A stretch of DNA of 64,000 nucleotides from Candidatus Limnocylindrales bacterium (GCA_038245515.1 JBBRSJ010000007.1:18461-82460), one strand, 5' to 3'. Shown: positions 9,454 to 19,100, counted from the first letter of the stretch. The notes: generated by a model from the letters alone, not told the origin. Made by a program: numbers and translations.

Positions 9454-10719
9454 TCAGGCCTCGAGGTCGCGGTAGAGCTCGATCAGGCGAGCGACCTCGG
9501 TCTCCCAGTTCCAGCGATCGCGGGCCGCAGCCCGGCAGCGCGCGACGAGCGCCGCGTGCTCGTCGGCGGAGAGCTCCAGGATCCGTCGGATCGCCGCTCC
9601 GATCGAGGCAGGCGAGACCGGATCGAACAATTCGCCCAGCGGCCCTTCCGGATTCTCCGCGACGATGCTCCGGAAGCCCGGGAAGTCGCTCCCGGCGACC
9701 GGCACCCCCGCCGCGAACGCCTCGAACATCTTGTTCGGGGTTGACAGCTCGTAGCTGTAGTTATGAGGCTGGATCGCCATTCCGGCCACGTCGACCGACG
9801 CGACCCAGCGGACGACGTCGAGCGGGGCAACCGGTGGCAGGAAGTGGATCCGGCCCCCGAATCGCTCGTCGGCGGCGAGTGCCTCCACCTCGGCCTTGAG
9901 CGGCCCGAACCCGAGGAACCCGAGATGGGTCCGCTCGAGACCCGGCTCGAGCATCGCGAACGCGAGCTCCCGCACCCCGCGGCCGGCCCGCAATCCACCG
10001 TGGTAGAGGACGATCGGGGCGCCCGCGGGAATGCCGGCGGTGGCGCGGACGAGATCGCTCCGCGGCGTGTCGGCGAGGGCCCGCGGCGGGCAGTTGTGGA
10101 CGACGACGACGCGCGCGATCCCGAGACGCGGCTCGAGGTGGTTGGCGTAGCCCCAGCTCACGGTGACGAGCGCGTCGGCGGTGGCCGCCCACTCGCGCTC
10201 CTTGCGGGCGAGCCACGACACCGCCCAGCGCGGCCGGCCGACCGTCGCGCCCGAATCGATGAAGAGCTCGTGGCTGTCGTAGACGAGCCGGGCGGCCGGA
10301 TTGTGCATCTGGCGGGCGAACACCGCGGCCGGCAGCCCCGTCAGGTCGTGGCCGTGGTAGACGTCAGCGGGCCCGGCTTCACGCGCCGCCGCCCGGGCCC
10401 AGCCGAGGTTCCCGAACCGCCACATCGCGAGCCAGTCGAGGCCGTCCATCCGGGCGCCCGGAGCACCGCTCCGGCGGCGGACGATCGACCAGAGTCGGGA
10501 CGGCGCGCGGAGCCAGCGCCACCACCGGCGCCAGCTGGGCAGCGCCACCCGGACGATCGCGAATCCGTCGCGCTCCTCGCGCTCGATTGCGTCGGCCATG
10601 CCGGGCCGGCTGATCCCGATGATCGTCACGTCGTGCCCCGCGGCGGTCAGAGATCCGGCCTCTTTGAGGACCCGGGCGTCGACGAGGACGTCGTTCCGGA
10701 CGAACATCGCGACTCTCAT
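9454..10719 (-). CDS. Glycosyltransferase family 4 protein
   Basis: MRVAMFVRNDVLVDARVLKEA start overlapping the upstream stop; YHGHDL, LVYDSHE, PNKMFEAFAAGVPV. Confidence 0.88.
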   Translation of the reverse strand: MRVAMFVRNDVLVDARVLKEAGSLTAAGHDVTIIGISRPGMADAIEREERDGFAIVRVALPSWRRWWRWLRAPSRLWSIVRRRSGAPGARMDGLDWLAMWRFGNLGWARAAAREAGPADVYHGHDLTGLPAAVFARQMHNPAARLVYDSHELFIDSGATVGRPRWAVSWLARKEREWAATADALVTVSWGYANHLEPRLGIARVVVVHNCPPRALADTPRSDLVRATAGIPAGAPIVLYHGGLRAGRGVRELAFAMLEPGLERTHLGFLGFGPLKAEVEALAADERFGGRIHFLPPVAPLDVVRWVASVDVAGMAIQPHNYSYELSTPNKMFEAFAAGVPVAGSDFPGFRSIVAENPEGPLGELFDPVSPASIGAAIRRILELSADEHAALVARCRAAARDRWNWETEVARLIELYRDLEA

Positions 10720-11825
10720 CGATTGCCTTCGAGGGCCGTGTCGAGGGCGGCGACGATCGCGTCCGCGGCACCCGCCGGGGCGATGTGCAGACCCCGCGTC
10801 CGCGAGGTGACGGCGGCGGGGCTGGCGGCTACCTCGGCCAGGGTGGCCACGGCCCGTGCCCGGTCGAGCCCGACGATAACGATCCGCCCACCCGATTCGG
10901 CCACCGCCTCCATCCACTCGGTCGTCGGACGAAGGATGAGGCACGGAACGCCGAGCCACGAAGCCTCGCGCTGGACGCCGCCGGAGTCGGTCAGGACGGC
11001 CGCAGCGTGGAGCTGGAGCGCGAGCGCCGTCCGGTAGCCCTGCGGCGCGATCACCCGGACGTCGTCCGAGAGGCGGATCCCCGCGGCATCGAGCGCAGCG
11101 GCGGTGCCGGGATGGAGGGCGAGGATGACCGGCCGGCCGGGGGCGGCGATCTCGGCGAGGAGCGACGTCCACGCGACCAGCGCGGCGGGCGTCCGGTTCT
11201 CGGCCCGATGAACCGTGGCAAAGAGGTAGCGCCCGGGCTCGACCACGAAGCCCAGGCCGAGCCCCGTCAGGGTAGCCGGATCGCGGACCTTGCCCGCGAC
11301 TCGCGCCGCGAGGTCCTGCATCAGGTCGCCGACCTGGACGACCCCGGCGACGATTCCCTCGGCCGCGAGGTTCGCGACTGCGGCCGGCGTCGGCGCGAAG
11401 AGCCAGCGCGCGAGATGGTCGGTCACGACCCGGTTGACCTCCTCGGGCATGGCCCGGTCAAAGGAGCGCAGTCCGGCCTCCACATGCGCGACCGGGATCC
11501 CGAGCTTTGCGGCGGCCAGCGCGCCGGCGACCGTCGAGTTCGTGTCGCCATAGACGAGGACTGCATCGGGCCGCTCGGCCAGCAGGACCGCCTCGACCGC
11601 CGGCAGCATCCGGCCGAGCTGTTCAGCCTGGGTCCCGCCGCCGATCCCGAGGGAATGCTCGGGCGGGGGCAGGCCGAGCTCCGCGAAGAACGCTCCGGCC
11701 ATCGCGTCGTCGTAGTGCTGGCCGGTGTCGACGAACACCTCGTCGTGGCGCGCTCGCAGGACTGGCAGCAGGGCGGCCGCCTTGATCAGCTGCGGCCGCG
11801 TCCCGACGACGCTGACGATCCGCAA
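10716..11825 (-). CDS. wecB: UDP-N-acetylglucosamine 2-epimerase (non-hydrolysing), WecB/WbpI-like
   Basis: VVGTRPQLIKAA, TGQHYD, VYGDTNST, HVEAGLRS, TDSGGVQREA. Confidence 0.93.
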   Translation of the reverse strand: MRIVSVVGTRPQLIKAAALLPVLRARHDEVFVDTGQHYDDAMAGAFFAELGLPPPEHSLGIGGGTQAEQLGRMLPAVEAVLLAERPDAVLVYGDTNSTVAGALAAAKLGIPVAHVEAGLRSFDRAMPEEVNRVVTDHLARWLFAPTPAAVANLAAEGIVAGVVQVGDLMQDLAARVAGKVRDPATLTGLGLGFVVEPGRYLFATVHRAENRTPAALVAWTSLLAEIAAPGRPVILALHPGTAAALDAAGIRLSDDVRVIAPQGYRTALALQLHAAAVLTDSGGVQREASWLGVPCLILRPTTEWMEAVAESGGRIVIVGLDRARAVATLAEVAASPAAVTSRTRGLHIAPAGAADAIVAALDTALEGNR

Positions 11826-11835
11826 CGACCGCGGC

Positions 11836-13269
11836 CTAGCGCGGTCGCTGAGCGGGAACCGCCCGGGGACGCGGCGGCACGCCGATTCCCCGGTAGGCGA
11901 CGCTCGGCGGGAGGGCCAGGTCGCGCAGCGAGTCGCGGCCGTCGAAGACGAGCTCGAGGTCGGGAAACCAGGCCGGGTCGAGGTTGCCGAAGAGCGGGTC
12001 CGCCGTCTGGGTCACGATCGCCCGGAATGGCGCGGGCTCGCCCCACGTCCATGGCGTTGCACAGCAGCGGGCGATCTCGTCGGGCGAGAGCAGCGGGTCG
12101 AACGCGGACACGACCGCGCCGGCGTGGGCGAGGCGCTCGATGAGCGGCAGTGCCCGAGAGTACGCGAGCTCGTGGACGCCATGACGGTAGGTCAGACCGA
12201 GCACGAGGACCGGCACGCCGGCAAGTCCCCCGATCTCCTTCTCGATCGAGCGGATCGCAACGCCGACCTGGCCGTCGTTCGTTCGTCGCGACAGCTCGAC
12301 GAGCTCGAGCTCCGGCGCCCGCGACAGGAGGAAATGCGGGTAGACCGGGATGCAGTGGCCGCCCACGCCGAGACCGGGCTGGTGGATGTGCGAGTACGGC
12401 TGCGAGTTCGCCGCCGCGATGACCTCGTGGACGTCGACGTTGACTCGCTCGGCGTAGCGCGCGAACTCGTTGGCGAGGGCGATGTTCACGTCGCGATACG
12501 TCGTGTCGGCGAGCTTGCTGAGCTCGGCCGCCTCGGCGTTGCTCATCGCCACGATCTCGGTATCGAGGACCGCGTCGTAGAAGGCGGCGGCACGCTCGGT
12601 CGAGGCCGGCCCGATGCCCCCGACGAGCTTCGGGTAGGTGGCGAGATTGCGGAGCGCCGCGCCGCTGTACAGCCGCTCGGGCGAGAAGGCGACGAAGAAA
12701 TCCTCGTCGGCACGGAGTCCGGAAGCGGCCTCGAGCCGGGGGGTGAAGCGGTCGCGGGTGTCGCCGACCGGCAGCGTCGTCTCGAAGATCACGAGGGACT
12801 GGGCGTGGACCCCGGGCGCGATCGCGGCGACCGCGGCATCCATCGAGCGGTAGTCGGGCTGCTGCTCGTCGTCGAGCATGACCGGCACGATCAGGACGAC
12901 GACATCGGCCTCGCGGGCGGCGGCGGCGCCGTCGGTCGTGGCCCGCAGGCGGCCACCCGCATGGGCCGCGGCTACGAGCCCGGGGAGGCCCGGCTCGTCG
13001 GCAACGTGGGAGCGGCCCTCATTGATCGCGTCGACCACGCCCTGCTGGACATCGACGGCGATCACGTGCCAGCCGTGGTCGGCGAACTGGGCCGCCAGCG
13101 GCAGACCCATCTTGCCGGCACCGACGACCGCGACCTTGCCGGCCGTGCCGGGCTCCGCGGTCCACGGCGAGACGTCGACGGCGGGCCCGTGGCCACAGGC
13201 GTGGACCGGCAGCTCGATCGATCCTCCGAGGAGGCTCGCGACCGACGACGGGCGCGTCACGATGGTCAT
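11836..13269 (-). CDS. Nucleotide-sugar dehydrogenase (WecC/WbpA-like)
   Basis: GAGKMG Rossmann, FSPER, catalytic GGHCIP; ATG overlaps the upstream stop (ATGA). Confidence 0.9.
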   Translation of the reverse strand: MTIVTRPSSVASLLGGSIELPVHACGHGPAVDVSPWTAEPGTAGKVAVVGAGKMGLPLAAQFADHGWHVIAVDVQQGVVDAINEGRSHVADEPGLPGLVAAAHAGGRLRATTDGAAAAREADVVVLIVPVMLDDEQQPDYRSMDAAVAAIAPGVHAQSLVIFETTLPVGDTRDRFTPRLEAASGLRADEDFFVAFSPERLYSGAALRNLATYPKLVGGIGPASTERAAAFYDAVLDTEIVAMSNAEAAELSKLADTTYRDVNIALANEFARYAERVNVDVHEVIAAANSQPYSHIHQPGLGVGGHCIPVYPHFLLSRAPELELVELSRRTNDGQVGVAIRSIEKEIGGLAGVPVLVLGLTYRHGVHELAYSRALPLIERLAHAGAVVSAFDPLLSPDEIARCCATPWTWGEPAPFRAIVTQTADPLFGNLDPAWFPDLELVFDGRDSLRDLALPPSVAYRGIGVPPRPRAVPAQRPR

Positions 13270-14321
13270 GATCGGGTCGCGAACCTCGAGGTCAGCGCGG
13301 TTAGGTCGACGGACGTGCCGGCCGCCGCGGCGGCGAGGAGGGAGGTCGCGATCGCGACGGCCCACAGCCCGTCCTCGGCGTCCACGACGGGTCGGCCACC
13401 GGTGCGGACGACTCCAAGGAATGCCGCGAGCTCTGATGCGAGCGGCTCGGCGGATGCGACGGCCAGCTCCACGACCTCGCCGATGAAGGTCGGGGCGTAG
13501 CCGCCGATCAGCCGCGGGTTCGTCGTGTCGGTCGCCCGGGTGAACGTCAGGTGCTGGGTCAGGTAGTCGAGCTCGAACATTCCCTCCTCGCCGACGACCA
13601 CGAGCTCGCGCCGCTTCGCCGGGGTCAGCCAGTTGACGTCCAGCATGCCGGTTGCCCCGGACGGGAAATGGAGGAGCCCGAAGAGGAGGTCTTCGTTCGT
13701 GGCGTGGATCCGCTGGGCCGTCTCGCCGTAGACCCGCGACGGCCGCTCCCCGGCGATCCAGCTCAGGATGTCGGCGTCGTGGGTGGCCAGGTCGACAGTC
13801 ACGCCGACATCGCGAATCCGGGCGGGGAACGGTCCCGCCCGGCGCGACGCGATCGAGTAGATCGACGACAGCCAGCCCGCCTCGATCAGCCGACCGAGCT
13901 CGAGGACCGCCGGATTGAACCGCTCCACGTGGCCGACCTGGACGGGCACTCCGCAGGCCCGGGCCGCGTCGACGATCCGCATCCCTTCCTCGACCGTTGC
14001 CGCGAGCGGCTTCTCAACGAGGACGGCCATGCCTCGTTCGATCGCCGCAAGCGCCAGCGGCACGTGGGCCGTCGTCGGGGCCGCGATCACGAGCGCATCG
14101 AGGTCGGCCTCGGCGATCATCGCGAGCGGCTCCGCGAAGCCCCGGGCCTTCGTCTCCGCAATGGCATGCGCGACAGCCGCGTCGACCGGGTCGGCGACCG
14201 CGGCCAGGACGATGTCGTCGCGCCCGGCCAGGATCCGGAGATGGTTTCGGCCCATCGAGCCGAGGCCGGCCAGTCCGACCCGCAGCTCGCGTTCCCCGGC
14301 CGGCCGCCAGGTCGACGTCAT
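13266..14321 (-). CDS. Gfo/Idh/MocA oxidoreductase (WbpB/WlbA-like)
   Basis: GLGSMG, VEKPLA, GHVERFNPAV, DLATHD. Confidence 0.88.
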   Translation of the reverse strand: MTSTWRPAGERELRVGLAGLGSMGRNHLRILAGRDDIVLAAVADPVDAAVAHAIAETKARGFAEPLAMIAEADLDALVIAAPTTAHVPLALAAIERGMAVLVEKPLAATVEEGMRIVDAARACGVPVQVGHVERFNPAVLELGRLIEAGWLSSIYSIASRRAGPFPARIRDVGVTVDLATHDADILSWIAGERPSRVYGETAQRIHATNEDLLFGLLHFPSGATGMLDVNWLTPAKRRELVVVGEEGMFELDYLTQHLTFTRATDTTNPRLIGGYAPTFIGEVVELAVASAEPLASELAAFLGVVRTGGRPVVDAEDGLWAVAIATSLLAAAAAGTSVDLTALTSRFATRS

Positions 14322-15469
14322 CGGGCGGCGGATCCCGCAATGGTCGAATCGATGACCTGACCGGCGGCTCGGTCGGCGCCGGCCCCGAGGTGGCGCTCGA
14401 CTGCGGCCGAGACCGCCCCGATCACCAGGTCCTGCTCCGCCTCGCTGAGCCCGGGGAACATCGGGAGGGCGAGCGTTCGGGCCGCGGCGCCGTCGGTCAC
14501 CGGCAGATCCGCGTGGAGGCCGCGCTCCATGATGTAACTCTGGCGATGAACCGGGATCGGGTAGTAGATGTCGGCCCCGACGCCCGCCTCCCGCAGGTCC
14601 GCGACGATCGCGTCGCGGACGCCGCCGACATCGAGCGTGTACTGGTGGAAGACGTGGGTCCGGCCGTCGGGCGTGATCGGCAGCCCGATCGGCAGCTCGC
14701 CGAACGCGGCGTCGTAGCGAGCGGCGATCGCCTGGCGGCGGGCGGTGTTGCGCGGCAGCTTCGCGAGCTGGACGAGGCCGATCGCCGCGGCGAGATCGGT
14801 CATCCGGAAGTTGTAGCCAAGCATCTCGAACTGGTAGCGGCTGCGCATCCCCTGGTTCCGGTAGAGCCGGAGCCAATCGGCGAAGGCGTCGTCGTTGGTC
14901 GTGACAAAGCCGCCCTCGGCCGTCGTCATGTTCTTCGTGGCGTAGAGGCTGAACGCGCCGTGGCCGAACGACCCGGCCATCCGGCCGCGGAATGTCGCGC
15001 CGTGGGCCTGGCAGGCGTCCTCGACGACGACAAGGCCGTGCCGATCCGCGATCGCCTGGATCATGTCCATGTCGGCGACGAGCCCGAACAGATGGACAGG
15101 GCAGATCGCCCGGGTCCGGGGCGTGATCGCGCGCTCGATCCGCTTCGCGTCGATCAAATAGGTGTCGGGCTCGATGTCGACGAAGACCGGGGTCGCACCG
15201 GTCGAGAGGATCGCGTTCGCGGTGGCGGCGAACGTGTGGCTGACGGTGATCACCTCGTCGCCCGGCTCGAGTCCGATTCCGGCGAAGATCGCCATCAGCG
15301 CGAGCGTCCCGTTGGCGGTCGCGACCGCATGCTTGACGCCAACGAACTCGGCCCACGCGTCCTCGAGCTCCTTGACCCGCTTGCCCTGCGCGAGCATCCC
15401 GCCCTGGAGCACCTCCGTCACGGCGGCGATCTCCTCGGGGCCGATGTCGGGGCGGGCGATCGGGATCAT
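14318..15469 (-). CDS. DegT/DnrJ/EryC1/StrS aminotransferase (WbpE/WlbC-like)
   Basis: MIPIARP start, EDACQAHGA, SLYATKN (PLP lysine), GYNFRMTD. Confidence 0.93.
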   Translation of the reverse strand: MIPIARPDIGPEEIAAVTEVLQGGMLAQGKRVKELEDAWAEFVGVKHAVATANGTLALMAIFAGIGLEPGDEVITVSHTFAATANAILSTGATPVFVDIEPDTYLIDAKRIERAITPRTRAICPVHLFGLVADMDMIQAIADRHGLVVVEDACQAHGATFRGRMAGSFGHGAFSLYATKNMTTAEGGFVTTNDDAFADWLRLYRNQGMRSRYQFEMLGYNFRMTDLAAAIGLVQLAKLPRNTARRQAIAARYDAAFGELPIGLPITPDGRTHVFHQYTLDVGGVRDAIVADLREAGVGADIYYPIPVHRQSYIMERGLHADLPVTDGAAARTLALPMFPGLSEAEQDLVIGAVSAAVERHLGAGADRAAGQVIDSTIAGSAAR

Positions 15470-16194
15470 GCGGGGGCACCTTGACGCGGTCCGGACCGTT
15501 CCTCGAGGGTCTCGGCCTCCTTGAGGTAGGCATACGTCCGGCCGCACACCGGGCAGATGAGCTCCTGGTGGGCGGCGTAGCGGCCGGGTACTGCCGCCAT
15601 CGGGTCGCCGTTGCTGTCGACGAGCCGGGCGCCGCAGGCGCAGACCCAGCCGATCCGGTGGGCCGGGCTGCCGACGACGAGGGCGTGGTTCGGGACGTCG
15701 CGGGTGACGACCGCTCCGGCGCCGACGGTCGCGAACCGGCCGACCGTGATGCCGGCGACGACGACGGCGCCCGCCCCGATCGAGCAACCGTCCTCGAGCT
15801 CGATTGGGCTGACCTGCCAGTCGGCGGCGGTCGCCAGCTCGCCGGTCGAGGTGATCGCGCGCGGGTAGCGATCGTTGGTGAGGATCGCCCCGGGCCCGAT
15901 GAAGACGCCGTTGCCGACGATGACGCCGTGGTAGAGCAGGGCCGCGTTCTGGATCTTGACCTTGTCGCCGATGACGACCCCTTCATCGATGAAGACGTCG
16001 CGGCCGACGACGCAGTCCTCGCCGAGCCGAGCGCCGGTCCGGAGCTGGGCCCGATGCCAGATGCTGGACCCCGACCCGACGCTGACATCGGGCTCGAGGT
16101 CCGCGGTCGCGTGGACGCGCGCGGAGGGGTCGATCACGGGTCGGTCGGTGGCTCCATGTGGGTGGCCGTCGGCGGGCGGCCCGGGTCGGATCAC
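15466..16194 (-). CDS. Hexapeptide-repeat N-acetyltransferase (WbpD/WlbB-like) with C-terminal Cys-rich tail
   Basis: Left-handed beta-helix repeats, KIQN, TNDRYPRA, IGWVCACG...CPVCG; start GTG at 16194 or 16137. Confidence 0.88.
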   Translation of the reverse strand: MIRPGPPADGHPHGATDRPVIDPSARVHATADLEPDVSVGSGSSIWHRAQLRTGARLGEDCVVGRDVFIDEGVVIGDKVKIQNAALLYHGVIVGNGVFIGPGAILTNDRYPRAITSTGELATAADWQVSPIELEDGCSIGAGAVVVAGITVGRFATVGAGAVVTRDVPNHALVVGSPAHRIGWVCACGARLVDSNGDPMAAVPGRYAAHQELICPVCGRTYAYLKEAETLEERSGPRQGAPA

Positions 16195-16236
16195 GTTCGG
16201 ATCGGCGTCCCGCCGGGAGCGCGGGCCGAGGTTCGG

Positions 16237-16242
16237 AGTATA
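16237..16242 (-). promoter_or_regulatory. Putative -10 box TATACT for the wbp-like operon
   Basis: Exact TATACT ~40 nt upstream of the first gene of a tightly coupled operon. Confidence 0.5.
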
Positions 16243-16589
16243 GCCGAGCCCCGATCGCGGACCCGCGGGCCGCAGGCCTGATTTCAAGCTGCTCAGGCGC
16301 CAATTTCCTGTCAACCCGGGTCCGACCGCGAAGTTTTGGCGTTTAGGCGAGGCTCTCCTGGTACGGAAGCCGACGCCCGGAATTCCTGGCTCCGTAGGCG
16401 ACACGTTCCGACGTGGACCCGGCGCAGAAGCTGCCCACGCCTGGGCCACCACGCAGGCACGCCGACGCTCGCGCAACAGGAGGCTCTCGCCGATCGGGCA
16501 GAAATTTCGCCCGAAATGGGGCGACCGGCAGGCGGAAATCGCCGACGACGAGGGGCGGGCGACGACCGCGGCCGGGTGGCAGACCGCGA

Positions 16590-17309
16590 TCAGCGGCGGC
16601 GGGCCCGGCGGAACAGGCCGCTGACGACGCCGAGCGCCGCACCGAACGCGAGGGCGCCGCGCCAGTCGAGCAGCGCCTTGACGTTGCCGTCGACGCGTCG
16701 CGCGATCAGGAACAGGACGCCGGTCGTCCGCTCGATGTGGACCTGGTTTGCGATGATCACCCGCACGGCCGACTGCTCGATCCGCGCATCTCGGGCGACG
16801 ATCGTGTTGGCGGCGCCCTGGGTGATCGTCAGCTCGCCGGTCAGCGCGGCACCGATGCCCCCGAGCTCGACCGACACGCGGTCCGCCCGGGCCGTGCCGA
16901 TTCCGCCCTGCGACACCGCGATGTCCGTCGCCCGGGCGCGGCCGATCCCGCCCTGGCGCAGGTCGATGTTCCTCGCGGTTGCGCTGTCGATCCCGCGCTG
17001 GCTGATCGTGAGGGTGTCCCCGGTCACGCTCCGCGGCGGTTCGACGGGGAGTGTCGGAGCGGCCGCTGCGGGCTCTGTCGGCGCGGCCGCCGGCCGATTC
17101 GAGGAACGCGGAGACGTCTTGGTCGAGGCATCGGCAGCGTTCGCTTTCGTCGTCGTCGACGATGACGACGCGGAACGCTTGCTGCTCGTGCGGGAGCGCG
17201 GCGTCACAACCGTTGGCGCCGCCTCGGCGGCGGCTTCGCGGGCGGCCTCGGCCTCGGCGCCGGCCAGCTCGTCGGCGACGGTCGGGTCGGAGGACTCGCG
17301 TTCGGCCAT
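16590..17309 (-). CDS. Hypothetical protein with ~15-aa QGGIG repeats and a C-terminal membrane anchor
   Basis: GGGAGA RBS; low-complexity N-terminus, repeats IDLRQGGIG/IAVSQGGIG/VSVELGGIG, hydrophobic tail plus RRARRR. Confidence 0.75.
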   Translation of the reverse strand: MAERESSDPTVADELAGAEAEAAREAAAEAAPTVVTPRSRTSSKRSASSSSTTTKANAADASTKTSPRSSNRPAAAPTEPAAAAPTLPVEPPRSVTGDTLTISQRGIDSATARNIDLRQGGIGRARATDIAVSQGGIGTARADRVSVELGGIGAALTGELTITQGAANTIVARDARIEQSAVRVIIANQVHIERTTGVLFLIARRVDGNVKALLDWRGALAFGAALGVVSGLFRRARRR

Positions 17310-17592
17310 GTCGTTCTCCCGGTCGTGGTCCCAGTTGGGACGGTGGGACGTGGGTCCTCAGCCTACCCCGGCGGGCCGCGAGCGTCACGAATACGCGCGG
17401 CACATGTGCGCGAGCACCGTCACGAACCTCGGGGACGACGCGTCGACATGCCGGACGACGCCGGGACAGCGTATTCTGCGCCCGGATGTCGTCGCCCAGG
17501 CCCAGGGCGTCGGCCCGTCCACCTACGCCGCGTCACCGGCGCCGCCGCTCGAAGGGGCCGCAATCCATGAACCGTCACCTGGTCTCCGCTCC

Positions 17593-18807
17593 ATGAATCG
17601 CGCTGTCGTGATGGCGCTCGGCGTGCTCGCCGTCCTCGGCGGCCTCGGCCTTGGCATGCTCGTCGCGTTGACCTCGGGCAGCGCGGGCTCGCCGCCGCCT
17701 GGATCGGGCCTCGTGGCCGGGCTCGGCAGCACCCCGCCGTCGGCAGGGCCGATCGCGAGCCCGTCGCCCACGCCGACCGCGAGCCCGTCGCCTACGCCAT
17801 CCCCAACCCCGGTACCGACTCCGGTCCTCGTTCCGGCGCCGCTGACCGGTCGACTCGTGAGCCCGGAGGCGGCGGCCCGCCACCCGATCGCCGTGATGAT
17901 CGACGACCTTGCACCCGCCCGGCCGCAGTCCGGCTTCACTGCCGCCTCGATCGTGTGGCAGGCACCCGCCGAGGGCGGCATTCCGCGCTACATGATGGTC
18001 TTCCAGGAGAACATCCCGACCGATGTCGGCCCGGTCCGGAGCTCACGCTACTACTACATCGCGTGGGCCTCCGAGTTGAGGGCGCTGTACGCCCACTCCG
18101 GCGGCTCGCCGCAGGCGCTCGCGACGCTCCGCCTGAAGGGCAACGGCCAGCTCGTCTGGAATGCCGACGAGTTCCGCTGGGGCAACTCGTTCCATCGGAT
18201 CTCGACGCGGTTCTCGCCGCACAACCTGTATACGACCGGCAAGGCCCTGCGCGGCATCGCGAAGACCGTCGGCGCCAAGGACGGCCCGATCAAGTGGCCG
18301 TGGACGTTCGCGCCCGACGCGCCGCTCGAGCTCCGGCCGGTGGGTGGCGCGATCGACGTCACGTACGGCAACGTCAACGCGATCCATTACGTGTACGACC
18401 GGACGACGAATACGTACCTCCGGTCGGTCACCGGCGAGAAGCGCCAGATCGACGCCGCGACGAAGAAGCGAGTCGCCCCGAAGAACGTGATCGTCATGGT
18501 CGTCCGCTTCGGGCCGCTGAACGACGGCAGCACCAAGCATCGCCTCGAGGGCGAGGTGATCGGCAGCGGCCCCGCCTGGATATCGACGAACGGGATCACG
18601 ATCAAGGGCACCTGGAAGAAGGCGTCGTTGACCGCGCCAACTCGGTTCTTCGACAAGGGCGGCCATGCGGTGACGCTGACGATCGGCCAGACGTTCATCC
18701 AGGTGATGAAGACGACCGACTACGAGAAGTTCACCCCCGGCAAACCGGTACCGCCCATTGTCAGCCAGTCGCCCGCGGCCAGCCCATCGCCAGTTGCAAC
18801 CCCGTAG
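17593..18807 (+). CDS. DUF3048 domain-containing membrane-anchored protein
   Basis: N-terminal TM, Pro/Ser/Thr linker, PLTG, AVMIDD, ARPQSG, EGGIPRY, GPVRSSR, PHNLYT. Confidence 0.88.
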   Translation: MNRAVVMALGVLAVLGGLGLGMLVALTSGSAGSPPPGSGLVAGLGSTPPSAGPIASPSPTPTASPSPTPSPTPVPTPVLVPAPLTGRLVSPEAAARHPIAVMIDDLAPARPQSGFTAASIVWQAPAEGGIPRYMMVFQENIPTDVGPVRSSRYYYIAWASELRALYAHSGGSPQALATLRLKGNGQLVWNADEFRWGNSFHRISTRFSPHNLYTTGKALRGIAKTVGAKDGPIKWPWTFAPDAPLELRPVGGAIDVTYGNVNAIHYVYDRTTNTYLRSVTGEKRQIDAATKKRVAPKNVIVMVVRFGPLNDGSTKHRLEGEVIGSGPAWISTNGITIKGTWKKASLTAPTRFFDKGGHAVTLTIGQTFIQVMKTTDYEKFTPGKPVPPIVSQSPAASPSPVATP

Positions 18808-19100
18808 CAAGCGGCTTCGTCGTCTGAACCTTCGGCGACGTCCGGTGGACGACTTCCGAAGTCCGCGACCGAGGTGGCGTTGCGCCGGCGACCACAAGCA
18901 ATCTCCGACGACTTGTCAAGCACTCCGCCGACACCGATCGGCGCCTGGATGTTGTCGTCCGGTCCACAACCGTCGAGGAAGAGAGCTGGGCTCGAACTTC
19001 GCTCGTCACTTGTGGTGCGGACGGAAACAGGATCGACCGAAGCGGAAGTGGAACCGTCCGGGGACCGAGCCCGCGCAGCAACGCGTCCAGGATCGTCAAG

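Noticed and set aside
16316-16422. Possible SRP RNA, tmRNA or 6S RNA identity
   Set aside because: Lacks the SRP helix-8 motif and tRNA-like ends, and is too short and asymmetric for a confident 6S call; kept only as an unnamed structured element
13266-17403. Apparent giant ORFs 13266-16088 and 15466-17403 (also 1928-4420, 27713-29626, 31129-33603)
   Set aside because: N-terminal extensions run through neighbouring genes in other frames; real starts are internal and usually coupled to upstream stops
17750-17825. Short tandem-like CCGxxx repeats
   Set aside because: Encode the Pro/Ser/Thr linker of the DUF3048 protein; not an independent repeat
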